Shown one piece after another: positions 33,457 through 44,114 of a DNA stretch of 64,000 nucleotides (position 1 is the stretch's first letter; each line of letters begins with the position of its first letter). The notes beneath the pieces were generated by a model. The model was given only the letters and a program-made list of their open reading frames with translations, was not told where the DNA came from and searched no databases. The DNA is from Alphaproteobacteria bacterium (lineage in GTDB: Bacteria > Pseudomonadota > Alphaproteobacteria > GCA-2746255): contig OZ252220.1 in NCBI GenBank assembly GCA_965249135.1, positions 800,001 through 864,000 on the forward strand, read 5' to 3'. A program made the position numbers and the translations under genes.

Positions 33457-34749
33457 CTATTCGGCCGGCAAACAACTCGCGCAGCGGTCCTTCACTGAAT
33501 CGATATTAAGCTCCTGCGGGTCGATCACCAGGTTGAAGCGAAGCTTGTCGTCCGTGATGAAGATGGTGCCGTGGTTGCGCCGGAAGTCAGCGATCATCTG
33601 CCAGGTCGGCCAGACGATGGCGCCCCCCTCCTCTTCCGTCGGCCCCTCCCCCATCGGGAAGACGCGATAGCCAAGAATGCTCGCCTTCCAGAAACGTCCG
33701 CTTTTCGAATAGAACTCGCCGAGATAAGGAATCCAGTTCTCCGCATCGATATAGAGCACCTTGCGGCCATAGGGGTGAAGTTCCGGCGCCGTTGCCTCGA
33801 TGACGAACACTTCGCGCGGCTCCCATGCGTCGACCGGATTCCAATGGGGCGGGTTTTCCAGATCGATCCCCGGAAGCTGTTCGCCAACCGTTTCGCCTTC
33901 CGGATTCCAGAACGGATGCGTCGTGTTTGCGACAACGAGAACTTTCTTCTTCGCCAGGATTTTAAAATCGACGTACCAACTCGGATAGGCATTGAAAATA
34001 AAAACGTCGTCGCCGACGAAATCCGTCACCCCAAGCTGGTACATCCAGTAGCCACCCTTCCAACGGACGATCTTCCTCGCCTCATGGGCGTAGGTGAGAA
34101 GAAGCTCGTCCTCCCCGGTGTCATAGCGGACAAGCACGGCGCCGCTGCCAAGAACGTCCGCCGGTCCCGCCTCATAGACGATGCTCTTCTCGAAGAGACG
34201 GCCCTTCCCCAACACCGGCGCCCCTTCGTGGCGCAACCGTCCCTTCAGGAAAACCCGGATCACCCGTCGCCGGTTTAGTTCTTCAAACCCCCGCTCCCCA
34301 TGGATGGCCGCCGTCACGGCATTGGGAAAGAATTGGGAATCCCCGCGTGGCCGGCCATAGGTGAGATTCCACATCACCTTGCTGGCCGCGTCCTTGTCCT
34401 CAAGGGCTACGTCCGGAAACGGCACGCCTGCTTGCCAGCCGGGAACGAGCCCGCTTTCCGGGTCGATGGCAAGCTTGCCCCGGTTCCGGGCGCTCGCCGC
34501 CTCGAGCCGTGCGTCCTTCGGATGGGCCTTGGCGTGCGTGAGCCGGATGCGAAGGCCCCGCTCCTTGATCTGCCACTGGAAACGCTCCGGGATCAGCTCC
34601 GAGATGGGCGTGCCGTCGAAGCGATCTTCAAGATGCGACTCAAGATTCGCCGCGTCCAGAACCATGCCGGCGGCAAGCTCCTTCGCCCCTACCGGCGCCG
34701 AAAGGAGCGCCGCGAAAAGGATGCCAAGACCGGCGTGCTTCACGTTCAT
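33457..34749 (-). CDS. DUF1329 (LolA-like) periplasmic protein, paralog 1
   Basis: AGVPFP, WEPREVFVIEA, HPYGRKVLYID; signal peptide. Confidence 0.8.
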   Translation of the reverse strand: MNVKHAGLGILFAALLSAPVGAKELAAGMVLDAANLESHLEDRFDGTPISELIPERFQWQIKERGLRIRLTHAKAHPKDARLEAASARNRGKLAIDPESGLVPGWQAGVPFPDVALEDKDAASKVMWNLTYGRPRGDSQFFPNAVTAAIHGERGFEELNRRRVIRVFLKGRLRHEGAPVLGKGRLFEKSIVYEAGPADVLGSGAVLVRYDTGEDELLLTYAHEARKIVRWKGGYWMYQLGVTDFVGDDVFIFNAYPSWYVDFKILAKKKVLVVANTTHPFWNPEGETVGEQLPGIDLENPPHWNPVDAWEPREVFVIEATAPELHPYGRKVLYIDAENWIPYLGEFYSKSGRFWKASILGYRVFPMGEGPTEEEGGAIVWPTWQMIADFRRNHGTIFITDDKLRFNLVIDPQELNIDSVKDRCASCLPAE

Positions 34750-35363
34750 GCCTGGACCGCGACTCCCCAAGTGTTGAAGCAGAGCGGTTTCCATCCGGGA
34801 ATATACATCGTTTCCATGCTCGTGATCCTAAACCCGCCCGCCCGAATGAGGTCCGGAATCGGACGGGTCAGATGGCAACCGCCGGCCAACCGTTTCCAGA
34901 CGGGCTCGATTCGTTTCTGAACGCGGCGCACCTTCGCATCGGGTGCCAGGCCATGCTCCGTGAAGACGAGTTCGCCGCCCGGCTTTAGCACGCGCCGCAT
35001 TTCCTTCAATGCCGCACCCGCATCCGGGATCGTGCAAAGCGTATAGGTGACGACGACGGTATCGACGCTTGCCTTCTCAAGGGGGATTGCCTCTCCGGAA
35101 AGACCGATGAATTCGACCGGGAAGGCGACCTTGCCCACGGCTTTCTCGGCGATCCGGCGCATCTCGGCGGAAGGATCGAGGCCGATGACCCGTTCGACCT
35201 TGTCGGCGTCATAGAAAGCAAGGTTCAGCCCGCTGCCGATGCCGACCTCGAGGACGCGCCCGCGTGCGAGCGGGATGACCTTCCTGCGCTGGTAGCGGAC
35301 CGGCTTCACGCCACAGGCGAAGTGAAGCCCCCAAGGCAGGATGTGTTTCTCATAAAAGCCCAT
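34746..35363 (-). CDS. Class I SAM-dependent methyltransferase
   Basis: VLEVGIGSGLN, YTLCTIPD, EMRRVLKPGG, GGCHL. Confidence 0.92.
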   Translation of the reverse strand: MGFYEKHILPWGLHFACGVKPVRYQRRKVIPLARGRVLEVGIGSGLNLAFYDADKVERVIGLDPSAEMRRIAEKAVGKVAFPVEFIGLSGEAIPLEKASVDTVVVTYTLCTIPDAGAALKEMRRVLKPGGELVFTEHGLAPDAKVRRVQKRIEPVWKRLAGGCHLTRPIPDLIRAGGFRITSMETMYIPGWKPLCFNTWGVAVQA

Positions 35364-35507
35364 CTTAAGCTCTCCCAAGGCTTCGCCCTTAGCTTAGCGA
35401 AAAGTCGCCTCCCCGTGGAGGCCGGGAAGGTCGCCCGCTTTGGGGCTGGCTCCCACCCCACCATCCGCTATCATGCCCCATCGAAACAAGGCGGGAGGAA
35501 GTTTCCC

Positions 35508-36287
35508 ATGGGCCGGGGGCTCAAGATCGCGGCCGGCATTTTTGCCACGCTTGCCATCCTCACCGTCGTCGTCTTCTATGCCGGTTCGTCGATCGATTCC
35601 ATCGTCGAGAAGGGGATCGAGAAATACGGCTCGCAAATCTTGCGCACACGCGTGAGCGTCGATGCCGTGGAAATTTCCCCGCGCAGTGGCAAGGGCAGCC
35701 TGCGTGGCGTGTTCATCGGCAACCCGGCCGGCTTCGAGGCGGAAAGCGCCTTCGAACTCGGTGAAGTCACCATCGCCATCGATATGGGGTCGGTGATGGG
35801 AAATCCCATCGTCATCAAAGAGATCAGCGTGAACGCCCCCAGGCTGACCTACGAACTGAACGGGAACGCAAGCAACCTGGACGCCCTTCGGCGCAACATC
35901 GAGGCCTTTGCCGGCGGCAAGGCAAACAAGCCGAATGAGGCAGGCTCTAGGTCAGAAGGCGGCCGCAAGCTCGTCATCGAGAAACTCACGATCCGCAAGG
36001 GCACGATCCGGGTCCGCGCGGCGCTCCTGAAAGGCAAAGAGACGGAAGTCTTGTTTCCCGCCCTTGAATTCAGGAACATCGGCAAGGAACGGAACGGCAC
36101 GTCGCCGAACGAGGTCGCGGCCAAGGTGCTGGACGCCATAACTAGACAGGTGGTCATGGCGACCGCCGGCCTTGGTCTTGAGGCGGTGCACGGACTGGCC
36201 GAAGAGGGCGCCGAAGGCGTCGGTGCCATTCTCGAGGAAGGCATCGAAGGGATCGGCGAGGCGATCGAGGGCCTGTTCGGCGAGTAG
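35508..36287 (+). CDS. AsmA/DUF748-like membrane-anchored protein
   Basis: N-terminal TM; IGNPAGF, IVIKEISVNAP, SNLDAL. Confidence 0.7.
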   Translation: MGRGLKIAAGIFATLAILTVVVFYAGSSIDSIVEKGIEKYGSQILRTRVSVDAVEISPRSGKGSLRGVFIGNPAGFEAESAFELGEVTIAIDMGSVMGNPIVIKEISVNAPRLTYELNGNASNLDALRRNIEAFAGGKANKPNEAGSRSEGGRKLVIEKLTIRKGTIRVRAALLKGKETEVLFPALEFRNIGKERNGTSPNEVAAKVLDAITRQVVMATAGLGLEAVHGLAEEGAEGVGAILEEGIEGIGEAIEGLFGE

Positions 36288-36290
36288 ACC

Positions 36291-37757
36291 ATGCGACGTC
36301 AACTCGCACGCCTCGTCTTCGCCTTTCTGCTCGGCCTTGGCTTCGTCGTCTTAGGGAGGACCTGGCTTCTCGAATCCGGGCAGGTTTTGGTCGAACCCTT
36401 GGCCCCCATCGCCATCGACGCCGAGCTGGCGGCGCGCCACCTGGGAGGCGCCATCCGTATTCGCACGATCTCCCACGGCGGCGGCGGCAAGGTCGAGGCG
36501 AAGGCGTTTCGCGCCCTTCACGCCTATCTCGCGAAAACCTATCCGCGCGTCCATGCCGGGCTCACCCGCGAAACGGTGGCCGATTTCAGCCTTCTCTATC
36601 ACTGGAAGGGAACGGATCCGGCGCTTAAACCCCTCCTGCTACTCGCCCATCAGGACGTCGTTCCCATCGCGCCTGGCACCGTCACCGCCTGGACCCAGCC
36701 GCCTTTCGACGGCGTCGTTGCGAACGGCTTCGTCTGGGGACGGGGCGCGATGGATGACAAAGCCTCTGTGATCGCCATCTTTGAAGCGGCGGAACACCTC
36801 CTCAAAGACGGCTTCCAGCCGAAACGCTCGATCTATTTCGCCTTCGGCCATGACGAAGAGATCGGCGGCTTCAAGGGCGCGGCTGCGATTGCCGGGCTTT
36901 TTGAGGCGCGTGGGCTCCACTTCGAGTTCACCCTCGACGAAGGGCTGGTGATTGCCGTCGACCAGATGCCGGGAATTGAGGCGCCGGTCGCCCTCATCGG
37001 GCTGGCCGAGAAGGGCTACGTCTCCCTCGAACTTCTCGCCAAGGCCGAGGGCGGTCATTCTTCGATGCCGCCGCCTGAGACGGCGGTCGGTCGCCTCGCC
37101 CGGGCCATTCGGCGGCTCGAGGACAACCCGATGCCGGCCAGCCTCAAGGGTCCGGCCGCCGAGATGTTCGCCACGGTGGCGCCCGAGATGGATTTCACCT
37201 TTCGCCTGCAGTTCGCCAATCGCTGGCTTTTCGATCCCCTCCTCCTCCGCCGGCTCGAGAAAAAGCAGGCGACGAATGCGATGATCCGCACGACGATGGC
37301 GCCGACCATGCTTGCGGGCGGCATCAAGGATAACGTGCTTCCCTCCGAAGTTCGCGCCGTCATCAATTTCCGTACCCTGCCGGGCGAGACCAGTGCGGAC
37401 GTGATCAACCATACGACGCGCGTCATCGACGATCCTAGGATCGAGGTTCGAACCCGGGGGCCGGTCTTCGAGCCCTCCCCGATCTCGGATGCAGCTTCAC
37501 CCGGCTTTCGGCTGCTCGCACGCACGATCCGGGAGGTGTTTCCGGACGCGATCGTCTCCCCCGGCCTGGTCTTTGGCGGGACGGACACGAAGCACTATGT
37601 CGGGCTAACGGAGGCAAGCTTTCGGTTTCTGCCATTGCGTCTGACGGCAGACGATTTGAAGGGGATGCATGGCACGAATGAACGGCTTTCCGTCACCAAT
37701 TTCGGCGAGATTGTCCGTTTCTATGCCCGGCTATTCCAAAATGCGGGAGGAAGATGA
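36291..37757 (+). CDS. M20 family metallopeptidase (carboxypeptidase S / PM20D1-like)
   Basis: AHQDVVP, GRGAMDDK, GHDEE, GGHSSMPP, GGTD, HGTNE. Confidence 0.93.
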   Translation: MRRQLARLVFAFLLGLGFVVLGRTWLLESGQVLVEPLAPIAIDAELAARHLGGAIRIRTISHGGGGKVEAKAFRALHAYLAKTYPRVHAGLTRETVADFSLLYHWKGTDPALKPLLLLAHQDVVPIAPGTVTAWTQPPFDGVVANGFVWGRGAMDDKASVIAIFEAAEHLLKDGFQPKRSIYFAFGHDEEIGGFKGAAAIAGLFEARGLHFEFTLDEGLVIAVDQMPGIEAPVALIGLAEKGYVSLELLAKAEGGHSSMPPPETAVGRLARAIRRLEDNPMPASLKGPAAEMFATVAPEMDFTFRLQFANRWLFDPLLLRRLEKKQATNAMIRTTMAPTMLAGGIKDNVLPSEVRAVINFRTLPGETSADVINHTTRVIDDPRIEVRTRGPVFEPSPISDAASPGFRLLARTIREVFPDAIVSPGLVFGGTDTKHYVGLTEASFRFLPLRLTADDLKGMHGTNERLSVTNFGEIVRFYARLFQNAGGR

Positions 37758-38401
37758 GCAAGCCACTGGCAAAAAACGACAATGCGCACCTGCTTGGTAC
37801 CGTCGAGGAAGTGGCGGCCCGCTGGGGCGTGAAGGAAAGGCTGGCGCACGCGTGCCTCTTGGGCACGGCGTACGAGACGTGCCTGGCCTGCAACGTCGAG
37901 GCGAACCCGCGTTCGAAGGTGCAGGCGGGGTCCACCAACACGGAGCTTCGGAAAATCACCCTGAACCTTGCCTTGCTCGAGCCCGGCCGCGAGGCGGATC
38001 GGAACGCGACCCTGCTCCATGAATGCGCGCATATTCTCGCGGACCTCGCCCATCGCCGGAACTGCCGGCATGGCAAGCGATGGAAAGAGGTGATGGCGCT
38101 CTTGGGCGAAGAGCCACTGGTGAATCACGACCTTGCCTACCTTTCGCCGAAGCTGCATGCCCGTGTCACCTGGGTCTGCAAGACCTGCGGCGAGGAATAC
38201 CATTACCTCCGCAAGCCGCGCCGGCGCCTCAAGGATTGCTACTGCGTGCGCTGCGGGCCGCGCCGGGGCCACCTTCGCGTGGCCAAGGCGCCCTATCAAC
38301 TGGAGTTGGATCTGCCGGCCGCGTTCGATGCCCAAAAGGAGATCGGCCTCAATGCCTATCAGCCGACGAAGAAGGGGCAGGCCAAGCCACCCTCGGCGTA
38401 G
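37754..38401 (+). CDS. SprT-like zinc metalloprotease
   Basis: LLHECAH...HGKRWK followed by CKTC...CVRC zinc ribbon. Confidence 0.85.
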   Translation: MSKPLAKNDNAHLLGTVEEVAARWGVKERLAHACLLGTAYETCLACNVEANPRSKVQAGSTNTELRKITLNLALLEPGREADRNATLLHECAHILADLAHRRNCRHGKRWKEVMALLGEEPLVNHDLAYLSPKLHARVTWVCKTCGEEYHYLRKPRRRLKDCYCVRCGPRRGHLRVAKAPYQLELDLPAAFDAQKEIGLNAYQPTKKGQAKPPSA

Positions 38402-38786
38402 GCCTTCAAGCAATGCATGAGATGCCCCCAGGTCGTGTTGCATAACGGGTAGGCCCCCGCCGTCGTCGCCAGTCCGTATGCGCGAAGCTGAGCCGGGTCG
38501 CGCCGTCGTCGGCCGGGCTTAAGTCCCAGGAAAGCTGGGTGCCCTCCCATTCCTCCGGTCCACCGATGCACCGCCAGTGCAGGTGCTTGCCGGGCTCGAA
38601 CCCGTCCACCTCCATGCGGAACACGACGGCGCGGCCATTGAATCCGAACTCGGCGATGCCGCCCGCCTTCGGTTCGGCCTGCGCGTCCGCCGTCCATCAG
38701 CCCTTGAGGCCCGCCTCCGTCGTCAACGCCTCGAAGACGCGATCCGCCGGCGCCTGGATCGTGATTTCGTGAAGGATACTTGCCAT
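38359..38786 (-). pseudogene. SRPBCC/AHSA1 domain protein, interrupted
   Basis: MASILHEITIQAPADRVFEALTTEAGLKG*WT (TGA at 38697-38699 in the GWW motif); frameshift near 38470 into ...CNTTWGHLMHCLKAYAEGG. Confidence 0.8.
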
Positions 38787-38799
38787 CCCGTTCCTCCCC

Positions 38800-41700
38800 T
38801 TAAAAACCGGACCCCTGGTTCTCCTCATCGTCGCGCAACGTCAAGAGGGTCGTGTCCCCGCCCGTCGCCGCCGTGTTCCGGGCAAGCGCGCGCTCGACGG
38901 AAAAACGGTTGAGATACCTGGGCCCGCCCGCCTTCGGACCCGTGCCGGAAAGGCCCTCCCCGCCAAAGGGCTGGACGCCCACCACGGCGCCGATCATGGA
39001 GCGGTTCACGTAAACGTTGCCGACCCGAGCACGATTGGCGATTCTCCGCACGGTCGTGTCGATCCGGCTGTGAATGCCGAGCGTCAATCCATAGCCAGTG
39101 CCGTTGATCGCATCGACGACACCGTCCACCTCGGCGGCGGAAAAGCGCAACACATGAAGGATCGGTCCGAACACCTCCCGTGGAAGAAGGTCGAGGCGCT
39201 CGATTTCGAAGGCCGAGGGTGCAAAGAAGGTGCCGTGCTCCAACCCCTCCGGCAACTTAAGTTCGCACAAGGCCTTGCCTTCCAGCCGCATGCGTTTCGC
39301 ATGGTCCTCGAGCGAGCGTTGCGCGTCCGCGTCGATCACGGGACCCACGTCCGTCGAAAGCAGGGCGGGGTCCCCGATCACCAGCTCCTCCATCGCGCCC
39401 GTCAACATCTCGATCATCTTGGGCGCAATCGCATCCTGAAGAAAGAGTACGCGAAGGGCCGAACAACGCTGGCCGGCGCTTCGAAAAGCAGACGTGACGA
39501 CATCCGCCACGACCTGTTCGGCAAGCGCAGACGAATCGACGATCATCGCGTTCTGACCACCGGTTTCTGCGATCAAGGGAACGATCGGCCCGTCACGTCT
39601 GGCAAGGACGCGGTTGATGGCCTGCGCTGTCTCCGTCGAGCCGGTAAAGGCGACGCCATTGATTCGCGGGTCTTCGATGATCTTTGCTCCAACCTCGCCA
39701 TTGCCGGGAAGAAGATGAAGCACGTCTGCCGGTACGTCGGCACGATGAAGAAGGCGGAGCGCGAAATCCGCAACCAGCGGCGTCTGTTCGGCCGGCTTCG
39801 CCAACACGGCGTGGCCGCCAAGGCCGCCGTCACCTGGCCCAGGAAGATGGCCAGGGGAAAGTTCCAGGGACTGATGCAGGCGAACACCCCGCGCCCATGG
39901 AGCGAGAGCGTGTTCGCCTCCCCGGTCGGGCCGGGGAAAATCTCAAGCCTCGAAAAGTAGCTCCGGGCTTGCACCCCATAGTAGCGGCAGTAATCGACCG
40001 CCTCGCGCACCTCGGCGAGTGCGTCCGGGATCGTCTTGCCGCCCTCCCGCACACAAAGCGCCATGAGGGCAGCCCGATTTTCCTCCAAAAGCCCCGCCGC
40101 ACGCTCGAGGATGGCGGCGCGGGCTTCCGCACCCGTCGCATCCCACGGGCCGGCTGCCTCCGCGGCACCATGAAGGGCGCGATCGATCGCGCGCCCGTCT
40201 GCCTCGACGACGCTGCCCACTCGGCGCCGCCGATCGGCGGGATCGGTGACGGCGCGCGCCTTGCCCTCCAGTCGATTGCCGGCGACGAGAGGTGCTGCTT
40301 CCCATGGCTCGGCCACCGCCTTCGCCATCGAAGGTGCCAAATCGGCCAGCACCAGCGGATCGCTGAGATCCAGGCCCGCCGCATTCTCCCTCCCCTCCCC
40401 GAAAAGGTGACGGGGAAGAGGGATTCTTGGATGGGGCTTTTCTTCGAGTGCCCGAAGGCGCGGGACCGGGTCGGCGACGACCTCCGCGACGGGCAGCTCC
40501 GCATCGACGATACGGTTGACGAAGGACGTGTTCGCGCCGTTCTCGAGCAGGCGGCGAACGAGGTAGGGCAGCAAATCCTCGTGGCTGCCGACCGGGGCGT
40601 AGATGCGGACGGGAATGTCGTACCCTTCGCGCTTGACGACGTCGTAAAGCAACTCCCCCATTCCATGAAGGCGTTGGAACTCGTAATCCTTAGAATCGCC
40701 CGCGAGTTCGAGAACGGCGGCGAGCGTATGGGCGTTGTGGGTCGCGAATTGCGGATAGAGGACGCCGCCCGCCGCCAATATCCGTCGCGCGCAGGCCAGA
40801 TAGGAGACATCCGTCGCAAGCTTGCGTGTGAAAACCGGGTAGCCTTCGAAGCCTCCTACCTGTGCACGCTTGATCTCCTGATCCCAATACGCCCCTTTCA
40901 CAAGCCGCACCGGTACTCGGCGTCCCCTGGCGTTCGCGATCTCGATCAGCCAATCGAGAAGCGGAAGGCTGCGCTTCTGGTAGGCCTGCACGGCCAGCCC
41001 GAAACCTTCCCAGCCGCGAAGGCCGTCGTCGCCATGGACCCTCTCGAAGAGGTCGAGCGAAAGCTCGAGGCGGTCGGCTTCCTCCGCATCGACCGTAAGG
41101 CCGATCCCTTGGGCGCGCGCGAGTTCTGCAAGGTCGAACAGGCGCCCACCCAGCACCTTCGATACCCCCTCCCGCTCGGCGAATTCGTAACGGGGATGGA
41201 GGGCGGAAAGCTTGACGGAAATACCGGGGCCCGCCATCGGCCCCTTTCCCGCCGCGACCCTGCCTACGCTCGCGATCGCCTCCGCATAGGCTTCGAAATA
41301 GCCCATCGCGTCTTTTGCGGTAAGCGCCGCCTCCCCCAACCGATCGTAGGAATGCCTTATCCCACGCCCTTCCGCCTCCTGGCTCCGTTCCAGCGCCTCC
41401 CCCATCGTCCGGCCGAGGACGAACTGGTGAGCAAGGATCGCATGGCCCCCGCGATCGCTTCGCGCACGACGGGCTCTCCCAGCCGGGTGACCAGCCGTCC
41501 GAGAAGCGAGGCGACGTCTGCTTCCTCATCCTCGCCGAGCCGCACGAATCGCCCGGTCAGCATCAATGCCCAGGTCGAGGCGTTCACGAAGAGGGAGTCG
41601 CTGCCCCCCAGATGCGCTGCCCAATCGGCGGTCGCGATCTTGTCATGGATCAGGCGATCGCCGGTCTCGGCATCCGGAATACGAAGCAAGGCTTCCGCCA

Positions 41701-41959
41701 GGCAAAGCAGCGCCACGCCTTCCGCACTCGAAAGCCCGTAGGCCTTAAGGAACGATTCTAAGCCGCTCGCCTCCTTCGTCCGCTTGCGCACCGCCTCGAC
41801 GAACCGGCCGACCCGCTTCACGATGCCTGCGCGGGCCTTGGCGGAAAGATCGGCCTTCGTTAACAAGTGCTCCACCGCGGCCGTTTCGTTGGCCCGGTAG
41901 GCTTTCTGGATCTGGGCCCTGGTTCCGGTCCGGGCCGCCGGCGGTTCCTTAAAGATCAT
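38800..41959 (-). CDS. putA: Bifunctional proline dehydrogenase / P5C dehydrogenase PutA, split by two frameshifts
   Basis: LLCLAEALLRIPD, SVKLSALHPRY, RLVKGAYWD, FATHN, ISPWNFPLAIF, ETGGQN, SAGQRCSAL; breaks near 41435 and 39810. Confidence 0.93.
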
Positions 41960-41983
41960 CTCCCGCCCCAATTCTAAGCCAGG

Positions 41984-42023
41984 CCCATGGCCCTAGCCCT
42001 AGCCCTAGCCCTAGCCCTCGCCC
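41984..42023 (-). repeat. (GGGCTA)n hexamer repeat with seven GGG tracts
   Basis: Minus strand reads GGGCGAGGGCTAGGGCTAGGGCTAGGGCTAGGGCCATGGG. Confidence 0.9.
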
Positions 42024-42361
42024 TCGACCTTCGGGTCCATCGGGTAGCGCGCGTAAAAGACGGTCGCCGTCGTATCCGTCTCCAGCTCGAAGGCCGTGCC
42101 GGCGGGCGCCCAGAAGATGTCCCCTGGTTCCGCCTCGTATTCCTTGCCTTCCGAACGGGACCGGTAGTGGCCGTCCAGCACGACGATGACCTCATCGAAG
42201 TCGTTTAGCGAATGGATCGTCTGCTTCTCCATCGTCATCACGCCTGCCCCGATCGTCTGACTCGCCTTCGTGCCCACCAGGCGGCGGATGCGGGTTCCCT
42301 CGAGGCCCCGCCACGGCTTCCATTCGCCCTCGCCTTTGCGAAAAAATTTCAGTCCAGACAT
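42011..42361 (-). CDS. Small cupin (EutQ-like)
   Basis: FDEVIVVLDG...AEPGDIFWAPAGT. Confidence 0.8.
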   Translation of the reverse strand: MSGLKFFRKGEGEWKPWRGLEGTRIRRLVGTKASQTIGAGVMTMEKQTIHSLNDFDEVIVVLDGHYRSRSEGKEYEAEPGDIFWAPAGTAFELETDTTATVFYARYPMDPKVEGEG

Positions 42362-42639
42362 GCCGCACTCCCCTAAATATCGAGTGAATCCCAGGCGATT
42401 CGCGGTATTTAAATACCTAATTCCCTGCCGCTTCCGCCAGGACCGTCCTCTTCAAATACTTGTGACAGGTTGTTATTCGCATAATCGGACGGGTTCGCCC
42501 AGATTGTGGCTCGGGCACCTCCGCCGGTCTTTCGTTTTTTTCGTCCGGACTCTCTTTGAGCTCCGGCAGGTCTGACGGTGGTCCGACTCGTTTGGTCCAC
42601 CAAGGGCTATTTGAGAGACAATTTGAGAGGATCTGTCTA

Positions 42640-43953
42640 ATGAAAAGATTTGGAAAGATCCTACAGGCGGGAGCGTTGGTTGTTGCGCTCGGTTTTGTGG
42701 GAGGAGAAGCGCTGGCTGAGGAGGTTCCGGAAGGGACGATCCTGAACGCGTCGAACATCAGCAAGCTGATGAAGGACGGCACGTTCCAGGGGATTCCCAT
42801 CAAGGACATGCTGAGCGAGCGGATGCCGGACATGATCAAGACCTACTCGATGACCTATCCGCTTGGTAAGCCGCTGGAGATGCGGTTTGACAAGGGCTGG
42901 GTTACCGAGACGGCGCGGAACGTCGACGTGCTTCACTACGACGCTTCCGCGAACGACGTGTACGGCAACGACTGCAATTGCGTCGAAGAGTGGCAGGGTG
43001 GCATGCCCTTCTCGGACATCCAGGTCGACGATCCGAATGGCGGCAACAAGTTCATTTGGAACATCTACCTTGGCGAGCCGAGTGGCAACATCACCTACTA
43101 CAACAAGTTCGGCTTCATCTGGATGAACAACAAGGGTGTCGAGCGCATTCAGCACTGGCAGTGGCTGCGTTGGTACAGCTCGGGCCGGTTCGATGGGCTT
43201 GGCATTCCGCGTGGCGGCATCCGGTACAAGACGATCATCAACGCGCGTTTCCCGAAAGACGTGAAGGGAACGGGCGTGTACTTTGTCCGTTACGACCAGA
43301 ACGGCAAGTACGACGACACCTATGCGTACATCCGTTCCGTGCGCCGCGTTCGGCGGCTGTCGGGTGGCGCGTGGATGGACCCGATTGGTGGTTCCGACTG
43401 GCTGCAAAGCGATGCGGAAAACATCAACGTGCATCCGTCCTGGTACCAGTCGTACAAGCTGGTGCGGCGGCAACCGGTGATCCAGAACATCCACAGCAAC
43501 GCGCTGGGGAGCTGGAAGCTGAACCAGTCCGGCACGAAGTTCGAGCATTTCCCGTACTTCGGGCTGGCCAACACGCCACCGTGGGATTTCACGACGGGGA
43601 TTCCGGGCATGGATCTGTATGCCCCCTATCCGTCCTATGCCGTCGAGGCGATTTCCTACGATGACCATCCCTACAGCCGGATGATGTGGTATGCACCGAT
43701 CGCTTTCCCGCGGGCCCAGTTCGTCGAGGCCTATGACCGGAAGGGGCAGTGGTGGAAGTTCTCGGACTACCATCTCGGCAACATCCCGGGTGAGGATGGC
43801 GAGTACGTGATGTCCTCGATCATCGGACACTTCTGTGACGTGCAGAACCTGCACTGCACGGGGTTCTATATGAACGAAGGCATTCGCTTCAACCCGATCG
43901 GGGTCACCGAAAACGACATCTCGGTGGCGCGTCTCGAGAAGGGCGGCGACTAA
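42640..43953 (+). CDS. DUF1329 (LolA-like) periplasmic protein, paralog 2
   Basis: Signal peptide; GMPF, YIRSVRRVRRLSGG, HPYSR, YDRKGQWWK. Confidence 0.85.
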   Translation: MKRFGKILQAGALVVALGFVGGEALAEEVPEGTILNASNISKLMKDGTFQGIPIKDMLSERMPDMIKTYSMTYPLGKPLEMRFDKGWVTETARNVDVLHYDASANDVYGNDCNCVEEWQGGMPFSDIQVDDPNGGNKFIWNIYLGEPSGNITYYNKFGFIWMNNKGVERIQHWQWLRWYSSGRFDGLGIPRGGIRYKTIINARFPKDVKGTGVYFVRYDQNGKYDDTYAYIRSVRRVRRLSGGAWMDPIGGSDWLQSDAENINVHPSWYQSYKLVRRQPVIQNIHSNALGSWKLNQSGTKFEHFPYFGLANTPPWDFTTGIPGMDLYAPYPSYAVEAISYDDHPYSRMMWYAPIAFPRAQFVEAYDRKGQWWKFSDYHLGNIPGEDGEYVMSSIIGHFCDVQNLHCTGFYMNEGIRFNPIGVTENDISVARLEKGGD

Positions 43954-43977
43954 ACGAAAATCCTTCGTTTAAAGATC

Positions 43978-44013
43978 ACTGGCGGGGCTCAGAAGGCTCC
44001 GCCAGTTTTTTTT
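43978..44013 (+). terminator. Rho-independent terminator
   Basis: ACTGGCGGGGC...GCTCCGCCAGT stem followed by a T8 run. Confidence 0.85.
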
Positions 44014-44114
44014 ATGCGCAATTCCCCTTTTACACCCGCCCCTTTGCGTCGGATCGAAGGCGGCATTGAAGACCGCCCCACGAGGCTTCAGAATGGCTTT
44101 GAAGGGAAACAGCG

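Noticed and set aside
38697-38699. In-frame TGA considered as selenocysteine or TGA=Trp recoding
   Set aside because: The position corresponds to Trp, not Cys. TGA is used as a normal stop across the window, and the other premature stops are TAG and TAA.
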